DNA of 64,000 nt from Chrysomallon squamiferum (taxonomy: Eukaryota > Animalia > Mollusca), in the NCBI GenBank assembly GCA_012295275.1, contig CM022677.1, positions 24,676,001 through 24,740,000 on the forward strand, in the 5' to 3' direction. This document shows, piece by piece, positions 51,664-64,000 of the stretch. Both the position numbers and the translations under genes were made by a program. Every line of letters begins with the position of its first letter. Position 1 is the first letter of the stretch. The notes beneath the pieces were generated by a model. The model did not search any database and was not told where the DNA came from. It saw nothing but the letters and a program-made list of their open reading frames with translations.

Positions 51664-52915
51664 CGCGCACACACCTATCTATCTATTCAACAATCTAGAT
51701 AAAATATCATTCAATGAAATCATTTAAAATGTCAGATGTATTTGACATTTTGTTGTGTATTTAATTCTGTTGTTCACTGGAAAACTTGATGCCATTGAAA
51801 ATGGCGATCATTGAGGTCAAAGCAACTATCTCTCAGTTTTATTCGTTTCAGTAAATGATTATATTTTAACACTACAGAAACGCACTAAGAGCATTGCTCT
51901 TATTGTTTGTGCGTCGTTATCTTGTGTGAACTTATTTACAGATCACAAAACTGACTGTAGTGTCTTGATTTAACCCACATTAAAATAAATTATTTAATAA
52001 TGTTGCCATGCTTTTACATTATTTGTCTTGAAATCACAAACGTTTTGGTTGAGTTACTTGATGACAGTGAACTGTTAAAATAAAAATGTTAATGTTAGTT
52101 GAATGGTTGATCCTTACATCAGGTTCACTCTCAGCTAGCCTAAAACTTTAAAACATTAAAATGCCAAAATGATGTTGGGATACCTGGGCCAAATGTTTTG
52201 ATAGTAAATTGGTATTAAGGGCTATGGTCCGTTTTTTTATATTAAGTGAATATACTCAGTAGATAGCAGTAATCTAGTAGTGATGTTGATGAGTGTGTAC
52301 ATTTGAGTGAATAGAATAACGCAAAATAACCAGATGGCACTGAGTGAACTCATAGTCATGTACAGTTTAAAAGCCAACGAAGGCAAATCAAATCATTTGT
52401 GTTGGTGTTCGAAATGAAGGTGTTTCCAGGTGTGTGTTTTTTTTCATTACACCCAGTGTATCATCCAGTACTCACGAGAATCATGCAAACTAGCCATCCA
52501 TTTTAGGGACAACGCTGATGTACAGATGTACTGATACAGATTATAACACGAATGCAATAGACTGACCAAATTTAAACCCATACCACCCAATGTCGTTGTA
52601 ATAGATTGATGTGGTTAGGTTTTTGACCAGGTGGGAGGACACCTTACAGCAATGAAAATAATTACTGGGAAACAGTCAGAACAGGCAGTTATATTAGAAA
52701 TTCTCTTTATCTTCATTATTATTATTATTTATCGTAGTAGTAGCAGCAGTAGCAGTAGTAGCAGTAGTACAGCAGCAGTACTGGTAAAAGTAGTGGTAGT
52801 AATAGTACCAGATGCAGCAGAAGTACTAAAAGTAGTAGTTCTAGTAATAGTAACAGCAGCAGTAATACTAGTAATGTTATAACTATCATTATTATTACTA
52901 CAATTATTATTTTTA

Positions 52916-52991
<76 letters not shown>

Positions 52992-53738
52992 GCTGTTGTT
53001 GTTGTTATCTCATTCGTACAGTATATTTAATGTAAAAATAATAATTATAATAAAGGCAACCTATGTATGTGTGTATGTATGTATGTATTCTGATATTAAA
53101 AATAGATTTTTAATTATTTTAGTTGAAATATAAAAACAGTGGACTAATATTAAATGTCATATTTGTTTCTCATTATTATTATTTTTTTGTTCTTTTGATT
53201 AAAACATAATCACAAATTTTGTGCTGGTAATGCTCCTGTTTTGTTTATTTGCTCACTTGCGATATATTATTCAAGCCATTTCTAATTATGGTCTACACAT
53301 CCACACCATTATTGGCCTGTTGGAAATATCATGTGTCAACTATACAGACTCCAAAATAAACACACCAACATTTTGCTGCACGTCAAGGAATATTTAATGT
53401 TTGCTAGCTGCAGAAACCTCGCAATAAATTGTGTATTTTTTTTTTTAACTACAGATCTCTTCGTCGTATATATTTCCAAGTCATCATCAAGTCATAATCG
53501 TAATCTTCATCACCCTCATGGTAAATTATTCGAAAACAATATTATTTCAAGTGTAATTAAAATGAGAACGATTTCACATTGTTTTTCTTTTATATAACTT
53601 GAAATAATAAAAGAAGAAATAACGCTCTTTCCAGGTTTTAGAATGCTTTTCTTTAATAGAAAACAAAATTACAATGTTACAGAAACGAAGGAAGATATTC
53701 GCATTACTTAGATGTACCACGTAAAGCCACATGTTCTA

Positions 53739-53853
53739 CTAGTGTGGTCTGCCATAAAATGTTTCTTTCTCAGGCAGTTCGCTAACTGAAATATATAATG
53801 TTTTAATAAACTGAATACAATACATTCCAATTATTTCAGGTAGATATACGGAT

Positions 53854-53891
<38 letters not shown>

Positions 53892-54365
53892 GGATATACA
53901 GACATACAGTTAGATAGATAGGTAGATAGATAGAGTGACATATGTATATATATTAAAATTTGAAGGAAAAGATAAGATTACGAAAATTATTCAACTTTTC
54001 AAATAAAACTGTAACCATAAAAATTGTCTATAATGTACTATAGGTCAAAAAAATTAAATAATAATAATAACATTTTAAGCATTTAAAATAATCAAACACA
54101 TTTAAGACAAGCAGACAAACAAATCAAATAATAAATGAAATGAATAAAAGACAAAAAAAAAAAACCCAACAACAATAGATATACTTAACATAACATAATA
54201 CATTAAAACATTAATGCACATGCCACTATTTAAATTCTGACAAAGTATTTTAAAATAATGTTAATACATGACGTCATAAACGTGGGAGCACTCCGACTTA
54301 TCAAGCAAAACAAAACAGAGGGAGAGAAAAAGAGGGAGAAACGAAAAAAGATATATATGTTGTTT

Positions 54366-54448
<83 letters not shown>

Positions 54449-54480
54449 TTATTATTATTATTATTATGATTATGATTATG

Positions 54481-54563
<83 letters not shown>

Positions 54564-55307
54564 TAGTAGTGGTAGTTGTAGTAACTCTCGATATTTACAA
54601 CTGCTTTACCTGACACATTTAAGTCAATTTCACTGCTCCAATTCAGTCCACTCCGACATCTCCAAAGACTGAGGTCTATTTTGTCCATATGGTCTATTTG
54701 TAATTTGTACACACGTGGATCGGAATTCGGGTCTACACATCCACAGCTGTAGGTGTAGATTGGAAATATCAGTTTGCAGTCTGCGTCGACTATACAAACC
54801 GTCCAATATCCGTACCCAAAATTTTGTTGAAAAGACGAATCATGTTTAATGTTGCTTGTAGGAGATACCTCGCAGTAAATCGTGTAGTTCCTCCCATTAG
54901 CAGGCCATGCAGTTGTATAGATATCCAGATTTAAATCTAGAATTGAATATTTAATTTGAAAAAAAAAAAAAAAAAAAAAAAAAGAGAAGTTTTATTTTTA
55001 TGATTACTTTACTTACTTATGTTTCTTTCTTCTTTATTCTTATGGTGATTAACGTGATAATCATCATGATCATAATCATCAACATCAGCAGCATGATCAT
55101 TATTTTATCGTCGTCACCTTCAACACAATTCTTCTTCTTCTTCTTCTTCTTCTTCTTTTCATTATTATTACAGCTATATTACCATAACATTTACAGTGTA
55201 TTTAATGTTGGAAAACAAACAAACGAATAAACAAACAAACCTGGAGTGACTGAAGAGACTGATAAGAAAAGGACGTGAAAAATAATAAAACTCCAAGAAA
55301 TGATCAT
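53739..55307 (-). CDS. Gene K: single-domain member (signal + D3-type Ig-like domain + 15-aa tail, ~146 aa)
   Basis: Exons 55307-55241 (MIISWSFIIFHVLFLSVSSVTP), 54936-54610 (327 nt, open: ...RNYTIYCEVSP...QQNFGYGYWTVCIVDADC...YSCGC...LWRC...) and 53785-53739 (VSELPEKETFYGRPH*). Confidence 0.8.
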
Positions 55308-55414
55308 GATTGGAAGTGTAAAACTTTCTCTTCTGTCCAGTCTCCTCAAGTAATAATGTCTGTGTGAAATATGTATATATATATATATATGCAACTTCGT
55401 TCTGTGCTATACAT

Positions 55415-55810
55415 ATACTGAACAAAATAAGAAACGTTCGCTAACTTTGCTTGAACATAACTCGATGAAAACAAACCGGTGGGAAATAATTGTTATATAT
55501 GCGTTTAAAAGAATGTTGCATTATGCATGCATTGCTTGGTGCAAAAAATCATGGTTATAGGCAAACTGGGAGAAATTTTGACCAAGTGTGATAAGGGATA
55601 AATAAATAAATTAATATATATATATAAAACAACAACAAACAAAAACAACTTAATAACGGTGTGACAACCTCTTGAATTGGCCACTGGTGTTCTTCTCTGT
55701 GCTTTAGAATTGACTAAAGTGTTGATTTTTGCCTGTGCAATATTGTTCCATTCCTGAATGATCGCTTGATGAAGTTCGTTGACGTTAGGTGGTGGGTTGG
55801 GACGACCCCT
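55415..55810 (-). mobile_element. Tc1/mariner remnant (transposase C-terminus and one terminus)
   Basis: Minus 55810-55652 translates RGRPNPPPNVNELHQAIIQEWNNIAQAKINTLVNSKAQRRTPVANSRGCHT, resembling the Tc1 C-terminal motif (EL..A..EW..I.......L..SM..R...V....G..T.Y). The end at ~55415 (TATACTGAACAAAATAAGAAACG) is TIR-like. Confidence 0.75.
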
Positions 55811-56470
55811 CAGTTAAACATCAGTTAAACATCAGTTAAACATCAGTTAAACATCAGTTAAACATCAGTTAAACATCAGTTAAACATCAGTTAAACATCA
55901 GTTAAACACCAGTTAAACATCAGTTAAACATCAGTTAAACATCAGTTAAACATCAGTTAAACATCAGTTAAACATCAGTTAAACACCAGTAAAACATCAG
56001 TTAAACATCAGTTAAACATCAGTTAAACATCAGTTAAACATCAGTTAAACATCAGTTAAACATCAGTTAAACATCAGTTAAACATCAGTTAAACATCAGT
56101 TAAACATCAGTTAAACATCAGTTAAACATCAGTTAAACATCAGTTAAACATCAGTTAAACATCAGTTAAACATCAGTTAAACATCAGTTAAACATCAGTT
56201 AAACATCAGTTAAACATCAGTTAAACATCAGTTAAACATCAGTTAAACATCAGTTAAACATGAGCTAAACATCAGTTAAACATGAGCTAAACATGAACTA
56301 AACCTCAGCAAAACATGAGCAAAACTTCAGCGAAACATCAGCTAAACATCAGTTAAAATCTGAACGAATCGCAAATCAATGAAAAGGTTAAACATCAGCT
56401 AAAATCAGTTAAACATCAGTTAAACATCAGCAAAACATCAGCTAAACATCAGCCAAACATCAGTTAAACA

Positions 56471-56476
<6 letters not shown>
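55810..56476. repeat. 11-bp minisatellite (CAGTTAAACAT)n, roughly 60 units
   Basis: Near-perfect units up to ~56260, then degenerate. There are no spacers, so it is not a CRISPR array. Confidence 0.95.
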
Positions 56477-57312
<836 letters not shown>

Positions 57313-57757
57313 TATTATAGCATTTCAAAGATATCCGAATGATTCATTTAAAACAATCTGATTTCAGTATTACTCTTTTTTATTTATGTATACATCACAC
57401 ATCATGCAAACACACACAGACATACGGAAACACACACACACACGTTATTTCTTTACTGTTTTTTGTTTTCACTGGAAAATTAATTCAGTGTTTATTCAGT
57501 GAGGTAGTATTAGAACCCAGTTTAAAACAGGTGGTATGACTATAAATTTATTTTTGTTCTTCATTGGTGTTATTTATATATTTATTTATTTATATTTATA
57601 TTTATTTTTATTTTTATTTGCATTTGTATTTTATTTTATTTCATATATTTATTTTCTGTTTATATTCGTTTACTTTAAGATGGCATGAGTATGTAGTTTT
57701 GTAATCTGTTATTATACACCTTTATCAGTTATTTAACAACAGGAAGACAGCAATAAC

Positions 57758-57794
<37 letters not shown>

Positions 57795-57881
57795 ATAATA
57801 TCTATAATAATAGTGGTAGACATATAATTACAAAAATAATAATGGCAACAACAACAACCAATAATAATAATAATAATAATA

Positions 57882-57929
<48 letters not shown>

Positions 57930-58603
57930 CAATAACAATAATAATAATAATAATCCTTTTACTAACTAGTAATCTGTGCCTAACTTAAGTTTGACTGCAG
58001 GTACTTGCAAACTAATCATCAGTCAGGGTTATTTCCCTTTGATCATTTCCTCACTGTGCACGTTATATAAACCTTTCTTTTTTGATTATCAGGAAGACAT
58101 TTTGTTTTCCTTTTAATATCTCGAAAATGATCCTTTTTAATTTTATTTATTTATTTATTTATTTTTTTTTTGTTACTAATTATTCATTTTTATTTTTACT
58201 TTGCTTAAGAATTGTTTTTTTTTACGACTACTATTACTACTACTATTATTATTTTTGTTGTTGTCGTCGTTGTTGTTGTTGAAAGTGGCGGTGATGGTGA
58301 CCAATGCTTTTTGTACATTTCAGAATCTGATAAAACATGTATGCCACGTGATATTTTTAATTTTTATTTTTAAAAATGTGTTCGCTATTGTTTGTTGTTT
58401 CTGCAGTGAACGTTTGTTTACTTTGATTCTGTCATGTTCGTGTTACATCAGATTAAACTGTCAACTCATGAATTTATGTTTTGTATTTCAAGTACGATAA
58501 TATATTTATATACGATAATATATTTGATTGTGTATATATACAAATACAGCTATATGCAGACACAGGAACACACACACATACACACAGACGCATACAGACA
58601 CGT

Positions 58604-58634
<31 letters not shown>

Positions 58635-59351
58635 TACTGGTCTTACAGTTAATCATATTGTTACGGGTCCTATTATTACTATAATTAGTAGTAGCTGTTG
58701 CAGCTTTGGTAGTAGTACTAATAGTAACAATATTAGTAACTTTAGTAGCAGTACAGTCTACGAGTAGTAATAGCAAAGGTATTAGTAACGTTAGTAGTAG
58801 TACTCAGTAGTAGCAGTAATACTAACAGTGGAAGTAAATTTAGTAGAAGTACAGCAGGGGTAATAATCTACTAGTAGAAATATAATAGTAGCAACTTCAG
58901 TAGCTGTACAGTAGTATTAATAGTAGTAGTAAATAGTAATAACAGGAGTAACAGCATAAATACCAACAGTAGTAGTGTAACTATAAGAAGATGCTAGCAG
59001 TGATAGTAGTATAATCAATGCAGCTGCTGTTATCTCTCCTTCATGTTATATTGTTGTGTTATAATTATTTTGTTAAAAAGCAATATTTCAATATCAAAAC
59101 AACAAAAAAACACCCCCAAAACCTCAACAACAAGAAAAAAAAAAAAAAAAGGAAAATAAGGTATACAAAATTATAAATAAAGAGAGAGAGAGATAATTAT
59201 ATTAGCTACGAGCCATGCTGGAATACTAATTTACAAACAACTTAAAGAAGAAAAAAAAAACGATCACTGTTTTATTTACTGTTAATGATTTAAAAACACA
59301 CGACTGAAAAAAATGTCATTCACAGCAAACAAAAAAAAAACACCCATTCTT

Positions 59352-59677
59352 TCATGAACGACGAAACTGGAACTGGTTGCTAATGTCCTGCCCCGCACGA
59401 CACCTCCACTCTTTGAAGTCGTTGTTCTTCACCGGTGATATCGTCATCGTGAACGCGTCAGGTTCGAACCTGCTCAAGCAACCACACCGGTATCGCTTTA
59501 TGTGGAACGGGCTCGTGCAGGAGGAGTCAGTCAGGCAGAACGTGACGAACACCCCTCGCACGTGCTTCTGGAACTCCACCGGGAACTTTCTGCCGCCGGC
59601 GGGGTAGACGTGGCAGTACAAAGTGTAGTTGTGCTTTGGCGTAGCGTAGGGTTTGCCGTTGATGAGCACAGCCGTAC
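59352..59677 (-). CDS. Terminal (D4) exon of a second gene-A-like copy; upstream exons lost in the assembly gap
   Basis: Nearly identical to 1112-1437 (one T->K change), with the same acceptor and stop. The flanks are homologous but visibly diverged. Confidence 0.75.
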
Positions 59678-59740
59678 CTTGTAAATACATTTAAAAAAGT
59701 TAATGATGTCGTGTTGTTGTTGTTGTTATTATTATGGTTG

Positions 59741-59799
<59 letters not shown>

Positions 59800-59999
59800 N
59801 NNNNNNNNNNNNNNNNNNNNNNNNNNNNNNNNNNNNNNNNNNNNNNNNNNNNNNNNNNNNNNNNNNNNNNNNNNNNNNNNNNNNNNNNNNNNNNNNNNNN
59901 NNNNNNNNNNNNNNNNNNNNNNNNNNNNNNNNNNNNNNNNNNNNNNNNNNNNNNNNNNNNNNNNNNNNNNNNNNNNNNNNNNNNNNNNNNNNNNNNNNN
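59800..59999. other. Assembly gap (200 N)
   Basis: Run of N. Confidence 1.
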
Positions 60000-60069
60000 G
60001 TGAGACCAGATATAGCTGCACATTATATTGACTTACATTTACAAAATATATTTTCTCATTATTCGTTAC

Positions 60070-61327
60070 CTCGAACTCGAAATTTAAAATCTCTGGTGAC
60101 GCTGTTTCCAAACTGACATCTCCATGCAGTTCTGTCTTTTCTACGCAGTCTGAAAATTGTCATTTTATAAACAGCATAGAAGATCCGAATCTTGTGGCAC
60201 CCACAGATGTAATTCTTTTCATGTCATTCTCTCGCTGTGTGCACGACTTGTCAACCTGACAAACAGTCGTGTATTCGTTTGCATATTTCCTTTGAAACAT
60301 CATTGGAAACTTGTTGCTCTCAGAAAACTGAGCCGAGCAAAGTAAAGTGTACGGTCTTCCCATTCACCCGGACGTTTATTTCTGAAAATCCGAATTCGAT
60401 TTCAGTTAATAGCATGACAATAAATGATCCTGATTATTATAAATAGCTATTAACAAATACGAAATACATATGAGCGTGTGTATATATATATATAAATATA
60501 TGTATGCATAATGTGTGTGTGTGTATGTGTGTGTGTGTGTATGTGTGTGTGTGTATCTATATATCCTAATCGTAATCATAATCACATAAGCACAATTATA
60601 GTAATAATTCTATTTATTATTTGTTTATTTACTTATGTATCTGAAAACGAAATCAGAAAAAAAAAAAGGAAAACATACTTACCGTTAAAACTAATCTTAA
60701 AATTACTACTATAATGTTTCCCAAGTTGACATCTCCACATGATACGATCTGTGTCCTTTACCTTGAGAATCAGCAGTCTTTATGTTCGTGTGAGTAGTCT
60801 TCCATTGTGCACACATCCGCAGAAATAACCTTTCGTATGAGATGTCTGTTTGCACGTTTTACTCAATACGCAAACAGTTCTAAAAGGATCTCCATCTTTT
60901 CTCTGAAACATGATTGGTGAGCTAACCGCGAAACCTGGTAACACTTTACAAATTAAATTATATTTTCTCCCCAGAGAAGTAAATTTGGAACCCAGTATAC
61001 TTATGTGGATACCTGAAAAAAGAAACAAAAAAGAAACGATAAATTTCAAAAATATATATCTTAGATATTGTCTTTATATTTATTATTAGTATTAACTGTA
61101 ATTGTGATACTAATACCAGCAGCAGCACCATTTGCATTAGTAATAGTTGCTTTAGTAAAAATAACAGTTGGAGCTTTATATTATTATCTGTATGTACAGT
61201 AGTAGTTGACATAGTGATAGTAGTAGTGGTAATTTTAGCTTTGTAATAATGTTAGTCTTACATTGATATCGTCTTGTTTGTGTTTAGGAGTAATGGTAGT
61301 CATATAAGTACTACTAGTACTAGCATT

Positions 61328-61362
<35 letters not shown>

Positions 61363-61511
61363 CAATTGTAGTAGTAATAGCAGTAGTACTAGTCTATTAT
61401 CATTATCTATATAGATTTACCGTATATTTAAACAACAATAATAATAATACCTGTAGAGATTGCTGTAAAAATGACAGTGTAGGTGATAAAACACCAGGGA
61501 ATGATGATCAT
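60070..61511 (-). pseudogene. Gene I': inactivated copy of gene I
   Basis: Signal exon 61511-61451. D1 (61012-60683) has TAT->TAA at ~60780. D2 (60381-60070) has a 20-nt deletion and a 5-nt insertion that give an early TGA. Sequence 60000-64000 parallels ~44139-48260. Confidence 0.8.
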
Positions 61512-61662
61512 TAAAATTGTGAATGTTTCTGTTTTATTCTGTCTTCTCAGATGATGTTCTCTTATCCTTACATCTGTTCATCCGGTATGTATGCACGTAT
61601 GTATGTATGTGTGTATGTATACACACATTGACACATACATACGTAAACAAATAAATAAATAA

Positions 61663-61695
<33 letters not shown>

Positions 61696-62068
61696 TACAC
61701 ACTCACACGAGCACACACACCCATCTATCTATTCCACTATCTAAATAAAACATCAGATAACGAACTAATGTTAGATGTCAGATGGATTTGACAGTTAATA
61801 TGTATTTAATTCTCAGATTTAGTGGAAAACATGATGCCACTGAAAACGGCGATTACTGAGGTCAAACCAACTATCTCTCAGTTTGATTCGTTTCAGTATA
61901 TTATTATATTTTAACACTACAAAGACACATCAAGAGGTTCGTTCTGATTATTTATGTGTCGTTATCTTGTATAAAGTTATTTACAGATAATAAAATTGAT
62001 TAAAATTAATCTACATTAAAATAAATGATATATTAATGTTCCAATGTCTTTTCAATAATAACAACACC

Positions 62069-62112
<44 letters not shown>

Positions 62113-62462
62113 TGATGATGATGATAATGATGATAAGAAGAAGAAGAAGAACAAGAACAAGAAGGAGAACAACAAAATAGATAATGTAGATAATTAAAAA
62201 CAAATCTGGAAGTAATTGACTTTTCTCATAATAAAAATTAGAGAATATCATATAAATAATAATAATAATAAAAAAAAAAATAATAACTTTTACATAGGTT
62301 AGATGTAGAAAACATTTGAAAAGGAGCAGATTTCAAATGTCATCAATTCATAGTATTACACATGACCACGCGTCATCTGGTGTAAATGACGTCATATCTT
62401 GAGACAATCTTTAGCGTAGGTGAGTTTTAAATATTTTCACATATTTCTTTCCTAATACAAGT

Positions 62463-63601
62463 AGCATGGACCAATTATTTTTTAAAAATAAAAATAGGAA
62501 GCTCATTGATTGCATACATAATAGTTCATGTTTTAGAAGTTGAATATTTCTTGTTTTAACGAAAACGAGTGAAAAATTCATTTTTAACTAGTTTCTCTAA
62601 ACGGCAGTTGACTGACCTTCAAATACTGTTTTCCATTTTCTGTGCTAAAACTGGTATCAAGTATTATAATGACTGCACCAATGCAATCATTTAAATAACA
62701 TGTAATCAATTTGGGTTTCACATGTAAATACCACCTCTAATGCATTGAAAATGGGAATAAATATTATAAAAAAAGAGAGAATTATAATGGTTTTAAGTAT
62801 CGTTTTACAACTTCGTACTCAGAACTGTCTGCTATGCAGTTTTAGCAGAGTAACGTGTCCGCATTATGGAACCTAACGAGAATAGTCATCTTGATATTCA
62901 CGAGGCATGATTATTATGATTATTATTATTATTTGTTTAGATGGCGAAGTCGTAATAATATCTGAACAAATTAAAAATAAAAGTAGTACGAAATGGGTAC
63001 GAGATGGTATGAGGTCAAAATAAAAAAAAAAAAAGAAGAAGGTTTCGACCTTTGAGCAGTTTCTAATCAATAATACACATCTATATAAACGAAGCATTGA
63101 TTTACTGTCATATTTCCCCAAATTACTTTTAATAATACATGTAGAATTGGTTGCATTATGAAGGAATACACGTTTAAATGTTTGTAAAGACTGATCGGCG
63201 TTCGACGCCGCCATCTTGGATTTCGATCGTAAGTTTCCATGATCTCAATTACGTTTTGTGTATTTTTTTACCTTTTTATGATTTACACTAATAAAGGTAA
63301 GGATGGTTGTTCGTACGAAACCATGATACCCTGCGCCTTTCGTAACTAGCTTTTCAACTTAATCAAACTTATCAAACTGGATTATTTCGGTGCAAATGCG
63401 TGCGTAATAAACTAAAATTAGAATTCGGTATAAAATTAATGTATTAACTTTTCTACTTGGCAATGTTCCCCGTATCAGAACCCAACAGAAAATAACATTC
63501 AGGTGCAGTTTGCACCCGTTGAATCGACGAAATTCTGGATGCATTTTTACCGGTGACGCAATTTGCGTCGTTACGAGTTTTCGTTCCTGTTGATCCATGC
63601 T
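62463..63601. mobile_element. Second copy of the TIR-bounded insertion, inside the duplicated segment
   Basis: Same ends, body and flanks as 46693-47862. Confidence 0.6.
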
Positions 63602-64000
63602 CACAAAAGAAGAAATTACTCTCTTTCCAAGTTTCAGAAAGCTTTTATTTAATAGAAAAGAGAATTACAAACATATCTTAGATTTGTATAAGAATAATTC
63701 CGTACTGTTTAGAAGAAACACGTAAAGATATAGTTAAATTGAAAATAAAGTATGACCTATCTGTTTTCTTCCATGCCACTTTTTCTGTTCTTGTACTTAA
63801 ATTTCTGAAAAGAATCGGAAATTATTAAAATTGTGCTTAATCTAATGTAGAGCCATTAAAACAAATGAGAAAATGCAAAATTAATGTGCAATGCAGCTAA
63901 AAGCGAGAAAAACATAGTATGTATATAGTGAAATTACAACACCAATAACAACAGGAACAACAACAACAACAACAACAAAATATATATATAAAATAAAATA

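Overview
AT-rich, microsatellite-saturated animal (invertebrate, plausibly molluscan; this is inference) genomic DNA with one 200-N gap at 59800-59999. Most of the supplied ORFs are simple-repeat artefacts. The real content is a dense cluster of intron-containing paralogues from one family. Each gene has a ~58-nt signal-peptide exon followed by 1-4 symmetric phase-1 exons of 318-330 nt. Each of those exons encodes one atypical six-cysteine Ig-like domain: C-x24/25-C-x5-C-x10/11-C-x-C-...-D-x3-W-x-C, with F-Q/E in place of the canonical C-strand Trp. I reconstructed 8 apparently intact genes: A (4 domains, -), B, D, E (3 domains, +), G, H, I (3 domains, -) and K (1 domain, -). Alongside them are pseudogenes and fragments (C, F, J, I', an orphan signal exon) and a gap-truncated A-like copy. 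None of the family members has a transmembrane segment, so they look secreted. The cluster shows birth-and-death evolution: tandem duplication, inversion, deletion and exon loss. Also present are a Tc1 remnant, a TIR-bounded insertion, an 11-bp minisatellite, conserved non-coding blocks with CRE palindromes, and a possible broken gene for a different membrane-anchored Ig-like protein. Gene labels A-L are my own and all coordinates were read by eye.
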